Below, in pieces: positions 54,144 to 64,000 of a stretch of 64,000 nucleotides of DNA. Source of the stretch: Dictyostelium discoideum (taxonomy: Eukaryota). The stretch spans positions 4,352,001 to 4,416,000 of the forward strand of contig CM000152.2 of the NCBI GenBank assembly GCA_000004695.1. The letters are read 5' to 3'. Numbering within the stretch: the first letter of the stretch is position 1; each line of letters begins with the position of its first letter. The notes under the pieces are model-generated. The model did no database searches. It worked only from the letters and a program-made list of their open reading frames with translations, and was not told where the DNA came from. Both the position numbers and the translations under genes were made by a program.

Positions 54144-56201
54144 ATCAAAAATAAAAAGTACAACCAATATTCAATCAGAAACAATTCCAATTAATGTTAA
54201 ATTACCAAGTACTTTAATTACATTTATTATTAATAATTTATTAACAGCATTACCAATTGGATTTTTTGAAAGTAATATTCAAAATCTTTATATTTATAAT
54301 GCTGGATTTAGTGCTAGTTATCCATCATCTTTAAAAACAGTCAATAAACAATTGACAGAAATGGTATTAAGTGTGAATCAAAACTCAATACCTCCATTTA
54401 ATATGGGAAGCTATCTTTCAAATTTAAATGAATTAATTTTAAATGTAATTAATGAAAAGTCAATTATTGGATACACTGATTATTCTTTCCCAACATTTCA
54501 ATCATTTAGAATTTTCAAACATCTTACTGTAAATTTCCAAAATAATCAAAATGAAAATTCAATTCAACTTTTTAACTTCCCATCAACTTTTAATAATATT
54601 CAATCACTTTCAAAATTAAATATTAATGGTATTGGTTTCACTGTTGATTCATCATTAGGTTATATTGATTTAAGAAATAATCCTCAAACTTTTGATTTGT
54701 AATTATTATTGTTTATTATTATTAATTCACATTAAATAGTTTTTATTTTTGTAACTAATATTTTTTTATTATTTTTTAGAATAATTAATGGAACATGTGA
54801 ATTATTTTCATCATGCACTACAACTAATGATTGTGTTAGATTACCAAAAACTTCAAGTTTAACTGTTTTAGAATGTTCATTTAATATTAGTAATATTAAT
54901 TATTTAAATATTACAAGTTTTAAATCAACATCAAATAATTTATCACAAACACTTCCAGAAATTAATAATCCATTAGAAATTAATTCTTTTATAATTTCTA
55001 ATACAGCTGTAAGTAATTTTTTTTAAACAATATTAAAAATAATAATAAAATTATTAATTTTACTTTTTTCAAATAGATTACAGGAATAATTCCACAAAGT
55101 TATTGTAAAATTGGGAAATCAATATTCCAAGCTCAAAATAATAAACTTAATGGTGTTGTACCATCATGTTATCAATGTCAAGGTGGCTCACTTTCATCCG
55201 GTATTCTTCCAAATAATTTTGATAATTTCAATTCATCAACACCAAAAAGTTGTCCTGCATTTTCAGTAGATGATAGCTATAATCGTACAATCGATACCAT
55301 TGGTGGTTTATTGATTGTTAATGGTATTGATTTAGGTTGGTCAATTACATCCACTATGACTATTGGACATAGATATTCAATTCCAAATTACCAAATTGGA
55401 TTTCAAATTCCATCAGGTATTGGTAAAAATAATCAATTCAGTGTATCATTTACAAGTGATAATACTCATACTTTCTATTACGATTATATACCACCAACTA
55501 TTGCTTCATATTCGATTATTGAAATTAGTGGTAGTAAATACTTTGCAATCGATGGTAATGGTTTTGATACCAATAATGCAAATGTTGTTTTATTCAATAA
55601 TGGCCAATCAATTAATTTTAGTACTGCATCCAATGGTAGAATCGTATGTACTTCTATTGATTTATTATCTCAATTAGTTCAAGGAATGAAATATCATTTA
55701 TCAATGAAAGTTGGAGGTCAAGATTCAAATGTATTCACTTTTGGTTATTATAATATCACTGTTTCAAATAGTAGTTCTTTATCTTTCAATACTGATGGCG
55801 GTTTAATTAGTATTGATGGTTCATTTGGAACAACTAATTCAAGTTTAGTATATGTTGAAATTAATGGAATTAAATGTACAGTTGAATCAATCACATATGA
55901 AAAACTAACAATTAGTTATCCATCATCAATTAGTGGTAATTTCATTCTTTCTATTAATATTGAAGGAGGTCAACTTAGTATTCCAATTAAGATTTCAGAT
56001 GCCAACACTAGTGGTTCTGTGACTAGCTCTTCTTCTACCACCACTTCTACCAGTTCCTCTACTACCACTACTACCTCAACCAATTCACCTACTACCTCAA
56101 CTAATTCTGGAAATGAACCAAATCCTTCATCCTCATCAATTTTATCAATATCTTTCTATTTATTAACTTTGGTATCATTCATTTCTATTAATAGTTGTTA
56201 A
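53679..56201 (+). CDS. Secreted or GPI-anchored surface glycoprotein with N-terminal LRR-like repeats and IPT/TIG-like beta-sandwich repeats, four exons
   Basis: join(53679..54046, 54159..54698, 54780..55008, 55077..56201). All junctions are in phase: GTAAAG, GTAATT and GTAAGT donors overlap the track's stop codons. The signal peptide is MIKVTFIIFFFYIIQFINSQS. LRR-like L..N/L..L segments occupy exons 1-3. Two repeated segments occur in exon 4 (..IEISGSKYFAIDGNGFDTNNANVVLFNNGQ.. and ..VEINGIKCTVESITYEKLTISYP..), which are IPT-like. A Ser/Thr-rich stalk is followed by a C-terminal hydrophobic stretch (ILSISFYLLTLVSFISINSC), which is a GPI-signal-like arrangement. Confidence 0.65.
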
Positions 56202-56609
56202 AAAACAATAAAATATTATTTAAAAAATTATTATTTTATTATTTTTATTATTTTATTATTTAATATATATTACTAATCTATTTAATGTAGTTTAAAAAAC
56301 CTTTTTTAAAAAAGGCAAACTATAGTTGTTTAAAAGGAACCACAAAAATTTAAAATCATTGGAGGTATTAAAAAGAGTGCACGATATTTACAAAAATCCA
56401 TGAATAGCCTGGAGATAGATTCGTTGAATTAGTATTGTTGATTTTTTTTTTTTTTTTTTAAAGGAAATAAAAAAAAAAAAAAATCTATAAAAAAAAAAAA
56501 AACCAAAGCTAATTAAAAAAAAAAAAAATTCGATTGATTATTTTTTTTTTGACCATATTACTTATATATACTTATTATTTAAATTTTAATAAAAGCCACA
56601 TGACTCTAT

Positions 56610-56640
<31 letters not shown>

Positions 56641-56783
56641 CGTTTTATAATTTTTTTTTTTTATTTTTTTTATATTTTTGTTATGAGTAAATAAATATTA
56701 ACAAAAGATAAAAGCAAAATAATTCATTGCATTTTTTATATATTTTTTTATTTTCTTATTTATTATTTATTTGAAAAAAAACG

Positions 56784-56821
<38 letters not shown>

Positions 56822-57409
56822 GGTATAATAAGTTTTGATTGGCCAAAATTTAAAAAACAAAACTTAATAACGAGACTATATAATTACGTTACAAATTAAT
56901 TTTTAATTTTTTACTTTTTTTTTTTTTTTTTTTTTTTGAAAAAAAAAAATTTCGAAATTTTTTTTTTTTTTTTCGTTTTTTTTTAGTATAAAAAGACATT
57001 TTAAAACTGATATATTTTCATTCAACAAAACATTTAATTGTAAGTTAAAAAAATAATAAAAAAAAAAAATATATATATATATATATATATTTCCTTGGAA
57101 ATAAATAAAAAATTATTATAATAGTGCTATTGAATGATGATATATCACCGCCCCAGTCATAATTTTTGTGCTGATTCGGATTTACAGAACACGCCAGTTT
57201 TGCTTCTGACACCAATAGTCACTACTATAATTATTATATTCATAATATTTATGTAGTTCAATATATTAATATTATTTTATTTTTATATTATAGATTTCTC
57301 GCTAAATAATTTCTATGAGCTTCCTCCTTTGAATTCTCTGCTTTTTAATAATTTCTTGAGGTATGTTACCTAATTGATTCAATCGCCAAATCTTGATATT
57401 TTTTTAAAT

Positions 57410-57487
57410 GTTTTGAATGATGAAACAAACAGACCTGATCTGAACAGTCAATGTTGACCAAAACTAAGAAGTTCTGACTCAAACATT
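57410..57487 (+). ncRNA. Candidate box C/D small nucleolar RNA
   Basis: The sequence reads ..ttttgaaTGATGAaacaaacagacCTGAtCTGAacagtcaatgttgaccaaaactaagaagttCTGActcaaa... It has a C box (TGATGA) near the 5' end, an internal CTGA (D'), a terminal CTGA (D box) and 4-5 bp of terminal complementarity (ttgaa/ctcaa). Overall length is about 75 nt. It sits in a 400-bp island that is non-AT-rich and non-coding. Confidence 0.35.
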
Positions 57488-58113
57488 TAAAAATATATTA
57501 TTTTTTCAGGCGAAAAATATATACTCTTTTTTTAAAAATAATTCGAATACTAATCGTGTTTTCTTTTTAAAAAAATAGGTTTTTCGTTATTTAAAAAATA
57601 TTGTTTTCTTTGTTTAAAAATTATTGTTTTTTTTTTTTGTTCAAAAAATTATTTTTTTCTTAATTTAAAAATGCTTAATAAAAATTTAAATTTTATTTTC
57701 TTTAAAAAAAATCCCGCGTCAACTTTATTTTTTATTTTATAATGATTTTTATTATTTTTTACTTGTTAATTTAATAAATTGCCGTATTCGAGTTTAAATT
57801 TCCTGATGATATGAATGTTAATTGTCATTGAGGAATTTAATTCATTTATTGTTTTAATCTTTTTTTAAAAATATACACATTTAGTTTATTGTTTTTTAAT
57901 ATTTTTATTATTTTTTTTTTTTAATTTTTTGATTGAAAGATGTGTTCCAACTTTTTTTTTTTTTTCATTTTTTTTTTTATTTTTATGAAAATTTTTTATA
58001 ATTTTTTTTTATTTTTTTTTACCTTCCAACAAATGACAAAACAATAAGAAAAAAAAAAAAAAAAGAAAAACAAAAAAAAAAAAAAAACAAAAACAGATAA
58101 AAATAAAATTAAA

Positions 58114-58453
58114 ATGGAAGAAGAACAAGTTTATCAAAAAGCATATGAATGCTTTCAAAGAAAAGAATTTGAACAATCTTTAAAATTATTAAAAGAGATC
58201 AAAGAAAAGAACCAATATCAATCTACTGTAGAGATTCAAATGAATATATTAGTTGCAGAATTTTATAATAGAAATTGTTTAAATCATTTAAAATTAATTG
58301 AAGATTTAAATCAGTTATTAAAATCATTAGTAACAAATAAACAACATCAACCACAACAACAACCATCACAAGACAATTCATCACCAATATTATCATCAAC
58401 ATCAATAACATCACCACCACCACCAACCATTGGTTTAGATTCACAGCCACAAT

Positions 58454-58484
<31 letters not shown>

Positions 58485-59017
58485 ATCAACAACATCAACA
58501 ACATCAACAACACAAACACAAACAATTAATGATTTACTTGACAATGAACAAGCATTAATATTATATAATCAAGCAGTTATTTATTTTAATATTAAACAAC
58601 ATGGATCAAGTTATAAAATATTAGAACAACTTTTTTCACAGGTTTTATCTTTTGATGACTTTTTAGGCATTAGAATTTGTTTACTCTTTATAAATGTTAC
58701 AATAGAAGGTCAACTTTATGATAAGGCATATTCTATTTTACTTTTTTTAGATAAATCTTTTGACCATTTTTTTTATATTAGTGGCGATAATGAACAAACA
58801 AATAACAATAACTATCAAAATACACAAATGACTCCAACTGAATTTAAATTTTTAATTCATTTTTATAAATCTAAAATTTATTTATTATCCAATTTACATT
58901 ATTTAAAAGCATATGAAGATATTGAAAAAGCATTAGAATTAAGTTTAAAGGTAAATAATTTAATTTAATTTTTATTTTATTTTATTTTATATTATTTTTA
59001 TATTTATTAACAAAGAA

Positions 59018-59048
<31 letters not shown>

Positions 59049-60237
59049 TTTTTAAAAAAAATAATAATAATAGATTGACTATTCACCATTAATAGGATCA
59101 TGTAATTCATTAAAAGCAAATTACTTTAGTATGAAATTAGATACACAAAATACAATAAAACATTTATTATCATCAAATATATCATCAACAACAACAACAA
59201 CAACAACAACAACAAACTCAATAGTAAAATCATCACTTTCATTTGGTAATGATTTAATTATGGAGTCAATAACACCAGGTATCTTTTATAATAATATTGG
59301 TTCATTACATTTTAATATTCAAGATTATACATTAGCAAATTATTATTTTTCAAAGTCATTAAAAGAAACACAACCAACTTCAACTTCTTCAACAACTGCC
59401 ACAGCAACCACAACCACAACACCACAAACATTAATATCAACGGATAAAAGAGCTCAAGTATTTTTTAATACAGGTATAGTTTTAATGGCAAGTGGAAAGT
59501 ATGAATTAGCTTTCTCTTGTCTTCAAGAATCTTGTATTTTATTAAGATGTAGTCCTTTGGTTTGGTTAAGATTAGCTGAATGTTGTATATTAGCACATCA
59601 AAATAAATTAAAGGATAAATTATCACAATCAGATAATTCTACTACTGATGATGATAATAGTAATAATAATATTGATGGTTCTATAGAAAAAGATAATGAA
59701 AAGGATACTAGCGAAAAGGATAATATTAGATATAGGCAATCACAAACACAAACACAAACACAAACACAATCACAATCACAATCACAATCACAATCACAAT
59801 CACAATCACAATCACAATCACAAACACAAACACAATCTCAACCTCAACAAACTCAACAACATCAACAACAACAACCACAACAACAACCACCACAACAACA
59901 ATCACAATCACAACCTGAAGTTAATGATAACTTTGAAAGTAATATAGAGAAAATTAAAGGAAAAGAGGATGAAGAAGATGAAGAAGAATTAATTTTTGGT
60001 AGAATTAAAATTTTAAATGATTCTATTTTATTACCAATCGTAAGTGGTCTTCATAAAGGTCTTCAAATTGGTGATAGTGATGTTGTTCAATCTAGTCTTT
60101 CAGCTTCTGATGATATGGAAGAGTCTTTAAGTAGACTTGGTACTTTATCACTAGACTTTGCAAATAAATGTTTAAGAAATGCTCATTACTTGGAAAAATT
60201 AATTTTACAAAAAAAGTCTGAAAGAAATCAATCAAAA

Positions 60238-60327
<90 letters not shown>

Positions 60328-60516
60328 CAAAATAATGAAGATAGAGAAATGGAAAATGAAGATGAATTATTTCAAGAATATCATAATGATTTATTATTAT
60401 CAATTTTAGCATCACAAGCATATGTTTCACTTTGTACACGTAACCCTATTTTAGCATTATCGGCATCTCAACAAATTTTGAATATTTATTCACAGAATGA
60501 AATTAATAATAAAAAT

Positions 60517-60554
<38 letters not shown>

Positions 60555-61041
60555 TACAACGATACCAATTAATCCGAAATATAAATATTATGCACATTTA
60601 TATGCAACCGAAGCATGTTTATTTTTAAATTTACAAAAACAAGCAATTCAATTTCTATCTTTAGATTTTATTCAACAATTACAACAACAACATCAACAAT
60701 ATCAACAACAACAGCAACAACAACAGCAACAACAACATACATCTTTAGCATTGGATTTGGAATCATCTAGTACACTTTATTTAAATCTGGCAATAGCTCA
60801 TTTAATTAATAATGATTTTGAAAGTGCAGAGATATCAATCCAACAGTTACAATCTTATTTGGTAAATCAATACAACCAATATCATAATTTTTATAGTCAA
60901 AATCAACAAATGATTCAATTGCAACAACTATATGAAATTTCAAAAAAAATTAATTTATTAAAAGTTTATATCGAGTTAAGAAAAGGAAATACAGAAAATG
61001 CATTAAATATAATTTTAAGTGGAAGACCTTCTCCAAATTAA
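58114..61041 (+). CDS. CCR4-NOT transcription complex subunit 10 (CNOT10) orthologue, two exons
   Basis: join(58114..58950, 59095..61041). A GTAAAT donor follows ..LSLK and a ttaatag acceptor restores the frame. Two segments are collinear with the human CNOT10 N-terminus. The first is QVYQKAYECFQRKEFEQSLKLLKEIKEKNQYQSTVEIQMNILVAEFYN against [39 protein letters not shown]. The second is ALILYNQAVIYFNIKQHGSSYKILEQLFSQVLSFDDFLGIRICLLFINVTI against [20 protein letters not shown]...FAQAVCFLLVDLYI. TPR-like helices run throughout. Inserts include (SQ/TQ)n from a (CACAAT)n hexamer and a 39-residue polyN from (AAT)n. Confidence 0.75.
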
Positions 61042-61343
61042 TTATTGGTTTTATAATTTTTTAAAAAATAAATATTCTAATTCCTTTTTTTTCTTAATAT
61101 TTTAAACATAATTACTTTTTTTTTTTTTTAATTTTGGTTTATGGTTTTATGTGGAATTCATATTCTTTATAATAACTTTTGAACATAATACAAATTTTAT
61201 GGAATATAAATTCTAATTTTGGTAGATAATCTTGTTTATTTATAGTGGCTAAAACATAGAAAGACCAAATTACATAAATTTTCATTTTTAAAAAAAATAT
61301 TAAAAAACCAGATCATGTTAAAATTTTTATAAAACATAAAAAA

Positions 61344-61414
61344 GCGTATGTGGTCTAGTGGTATGATGCATCCCTGCCACGGATGCGAACTGGGTTCGAT
61401 TCCCAGCATACGCA
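61344..61414 (+). tRNA. tRNA-Gly (anticodon GCC), second identical copy
   Basis: This 71-nt sequence is identical to the reverse complement of 48356..48426. Confidence 0.9.
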
Positions 61415-61447
61415 CAAATTTTAAATGCCTGATTTATTAGATCAACT

Positions 61448-61457
61448 GTTCAACTCC
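61448..61457 (+). promoter_or_regulatory. ex-B box (GTTCAACTCC) 34 bp downstream of tRNA-Gly
   Basis: It has the same motif and spacing as the ex-B box downstream of tRNA-Phe at 1404-1414. Confidence 0.55.
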
Positions 61458-61763
61458 CATTGAGATCGGTATATTATTTATTTTTTTTTGGTAATATATT
61501 CCGTAGGAACCTGATAAAAAAAAAAAAAAAAAAAAAAAAAAAACTAAATCGTATGATTTAACCAAGATTACACAAAAAAATTCCTTGAAGGTCTGATGAA
61601 GATTAAAGAAAAAAAAAAAAAAAAAAATTAATTATTCATTTCTAATGATAAGTTTTTCAAGATTAATAAATTTTTTTACAATCTTGTGTTTATAATTAAA
61701 AACTAATTATTGATTAATGCGTGATATTTATATTTTTTTTATTTTTTTATTTATTATTTTATT

Positions 61764-62423
61764 TTATGAAATTAATCTAATACAATCATAAGATAAATAA
61801 AATAAATTTGAATTTGTTGGATCTTTTACTAATAAAAATGTTTGATGAAATTGATGTTGAGATGTAGTTTTGTATGTGACTTTACCAGTTGCGGTAATTA
61901 AAATATTTGGGTTTTCTTTATCATCACTTGGGACTGGTTGTGCATCAAAAGTTTCAACGACATGAACTGAGTTTGGTATCTCTGCTAATAATTTCCCTAT
62001 ATGTTCTGGTCCTTTACATTCTGTACCATTCCAAATTGATACACTATGATCTTTATAAAGTCCAATTAAATCTGCTCTTGATGAATCATATTTTGGATAA
62101 TAAAATTCCTAATGTGTGTTGAAATAATAAAAAAAAAGATGAATTTTGATTTGAAAATAAACCAAGTTTAAAAATCATAATTTATTATTATCATCAAATT
62201 AAATTGTTTCATTATTGTTTTTTTATTTAAAAATTAGAATTTATTTTATTAATTATTATTATTATTACTAATTATTGTTATTATTATAGTTTCAATCAGA
62301 AAAAAAAAAAAAAAGGTGATTTCAATATACTTTTATAAAAACTTCTGCTCTTGGCGTTATAGTTTCGACAATCTTTTTTAATTTTGCATCTACATTCCCA
62401 TTTGTTGGGCTGTTATCATTATG

Positions 62424-62454
<31 letters not shown>

Positions 62455-62489
62455 GGGTTATTATTAAAAGTATTTTTTCTAAATGACAT
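61764..62489 (-). CDS. Nuclear transport factor 2 (NTF2) with an N-rich N-terminal extension, two exons
   Basis: complement(join(61764..62108, 62331..62489)). Exon 1 reads MSFRKNTFNNNPNY(N)8HNDNSPTNGNVDAKLKKIVETITPRAEVFIK, with a GTATAT donor. Exon 2 reads EFYYPKYDSSRADLIGLYKDHSVSIWNGTECKGPEHIGKLLAEIPNSVHVVETFDAQPV...ILITATGKVTYKTTSQHQFHQTFLLVKD..., the NTF2 fold. The real gene lies antisense to the track ORF 61907..62122. Confidence 0.75.
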
Positions 62490-62539
62490 CTTTTATTTTA
62501 TTGGTATTATATATATATAGTTTGGGTTATTATTGAAAG

Positions 62540-62578
<39 letters not shown>

Positions 62579-63469
62579 ATATGTATGAAAATAAACGAAA
62601 GATGTAAATTTGAAAAAAAAAAAAAAAAAAAAAAAAAAATAAAAAAAAATAAAAAAAAAATAAAAAAATTTTAATTGAAAAATTTTAAAGAGAGGAAACC
62701 CGTCAAAATAAGAAAATTGAAATTATTAATATTTTTTTTTTTGGTAAAAAAAAAAAAAAAAAATAAAAAAAAAAAAAAAAGTGTTTAATTTTTTTAAAAA
62801 AATTAAAATTACAAATTTAAAATTAAAAAAAGATAAAAAGGTTATCAAGTTCAAATAAAAACAAAAAAATATCCTTTTAATGAAAAAACAGCAGCATTTA
62901 ATTTTTTTTTTTTTTTTTTGAAAAAGAAAAAAGAAAAAATAAAAATAAAAACTTCACATTTACAATTTAAGTAATTACTGAGACCAAAGGTTTTCCTTTT
63001 TGTTTTTTTTTTATTTTAATTGTTGTTATAATGATTTTATAATTAAAAAAATAAAAAACAATCAAAATATTTTGGGGTTTTGGTTTTTCATTTTTTTTTA
63101 CCAAAATAGTTTAAAAGATTCAAAAATTACTAATTTAGAATAAAAAAAAAAAAAAACAAAAAACATTTTTTAAAAAAAATAAAAATAAATAAAAAAAAAA
63201 AACAAAAAATAAAAAAAAAAAAAAACACCGTATGGAAATATGAAATATTTTTTTAGTTTAAAAAATTTTAATTATTAAAAAAAAAAAAAGTTTAAATAAT
63301 TTCAAATATTTAAAACAAATAAATTGACTGGACAAAAATTTTATCATATTTAAAAAATTAAGATATTTATTGGATAAAAAAACAATAAAAATAAATAAAA
63401 AAAAAAATAGAACAAAAAAAAAAAAAAAAAAATAAAAAAAATAAAAAAAAAAAAAAAAAAAACCCAACA

Positions 63470-64000
63470 ATGTATAATTTTAATACAATTGAAAAAGTAT
63501 TAAAAAGTATAGGAAAACCACAATCATATAAAATTTCATCATCTCCATCGTCTTCATTGTCATTAAAATCACCCTATTGTATGGGTGCAAGTTGTCAAAT
63601 GATAACTTCAACATCTCATATACCATCTGTTGTTTTAAAAAATCATAATTCAATTTTACCTTTTGTAAAAGAAGAATGTCCTCATTATTTACAAAATAGA
63701 ATTAAATTATATTCTTCACATCCAACACCAACCGATGGAGTATCACAACCTTTTTCATTATATAAAAATAAACTATTATTTAATAATAATAATAATTTTA
63801 TACCTGCAAATAGATTATACTCCACTTCAATAAATAATTATAAAATTTCCCCAAATTATAATGAAAATAATAAAAATAATATTCCAAATACAATTTTTAA
63901 TACAAATAAAAATAATAATAAAAATAAACAAACAAAAGTGTTGTTTAAAAATCCTGATAATACATTTTTATATAAAAATAATAGAAATCAATCAACATCA
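63470..64000 (+). CDS. 5' part of an unidentified protein-coding gene that continues past the window end
   Basis: From the ATG at 63470 the frame stays open to base 64000 (177 codons). It reads MYNFNTIEKVLKSIGKPQSYKISSSPSSSLSLKSPYCMGASCQMITSTSHIPSVVLKNHNSILPFVKEECPHYLQNRIKLYSSHPTPTDG... and then N/K-rich low complexity. It is absent from the ORF track because there is no stop in the window. Confidence 0.5.
   Translation, partial: MYNFNTIEKVLKSIGKPQSYKISSSPSSSLSLKSPYCMGASCQMITSTSHIPSVVLKNHNSILPFVKEECPHYLQNRIKLYSSHPTPTDGVSQPFSLYKNKLLFNNNNNFIPANRLYSTSINNYKISPNYNENNKNNIPNTIFNTNKNNNKNKQTKVLFKNPDNTFLYKNNRNQSTS

Noticed and set aside
59696-59947. Track ORF encoding (HN/HK)n repeats
   Set aside because: It is the off-frame reading of the (CACAAT)n hexamer microsatellite inside CNOT10. 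The genuine frame gives the SQ/TQ repeats.

Overview
This window is eukaryotic nuclear DNA, not prokaryotic. It has about 75-80% A+T, long poly(A)/poly(T) intergenic tracts, short AT-rich GT..AG introns, CAA/AAT codon runs in ORFs, and tRNA genes each followed by an external B box. These are the hallmarks of Dictyostelium discoideum. The gene set suggests chromosome 3, but no database check was possible.

The six-frame track under-calls almost every gene because it ignores introns, and it also reports TTG starts as M. I reconstructed about 20 spliced protein-coding genes by hand.

- 1-12 kb:
  - RacE small GTPase (−), five exons, 223 aa with a CIIL CAAX box.
  - Protein-L-isoaspartate O-methyltransferase (+).
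  - A four-exon multi-pass membrane protein (+).
  - An HTATIP2/TIP30-like NAD(P)-binding oxidoreductase (−), five exons.
  - A secreted RNase T2 (−).
- 16-28 kb:
  - A small four-TM membrane protein (+).
  - A 104-aa hypothetical protein (+).
  - A UBC6/UBE2J-type tail-anchored E2 (−).
  - A myristoylatable F-box-like/LRR protein (−).
  - A protein kinase with a C-terminal SH2 domain, shk family (+), four exons.
  - A polyQ protein (+).
- 31-43 kb:
  - Rab14 (−), five exons.
  - A TPR protein (−).
  - A HEATR5/Laa1-like giant HEAT-repeat protein (+), about 2180 aa.
- 49-64 kb:
  - A rhomboid-family protein (+).
  - A SAM-like/BTB protein (+).
  - A GPI-anchored LRR plus IPT-like surface protein (+), four exons.
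  - A CNOT10 orthologue (+).
  - NTF2 (−).
  - One further gene truncated at the window end.

Three tRNA genes are present: tRNA-Phe(GAA) and two identical tRNA-Gly(GCC) copies.

The tRNA-Gly at 48.4 kb is a classic Dictyostelium retrotransposon target. A roughly 5.2-kb degenerate TRE3-type non-LTR element lies downstream of it. A 452-bp poly(A)-ended TRE5-like fragment, flanked by a perfect 15-bp target-site duplication, lies about 45 bp upstream.

Other points of interest:
- A roughly 2.5-kb decayed gene (frame-shifted pseudogene) at 28.4-31 kb.
- A duplicated 3' splice site in an intron of the HTATIP2-like gene.
- A candidate box C/D snoRNA in a GC-richer island at 57.1-57.5 kb.
- A 35-bp perfect inverted duplication inside the TRE3 ORF2.
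- A 5.5-kb gene desert containing N bases and microsatellites.

There are no CRISPR arrays, operons or prokaryotic defence systems. The interesting material here is eukaryotic mobile-element, tRNA and pseudogene biology.
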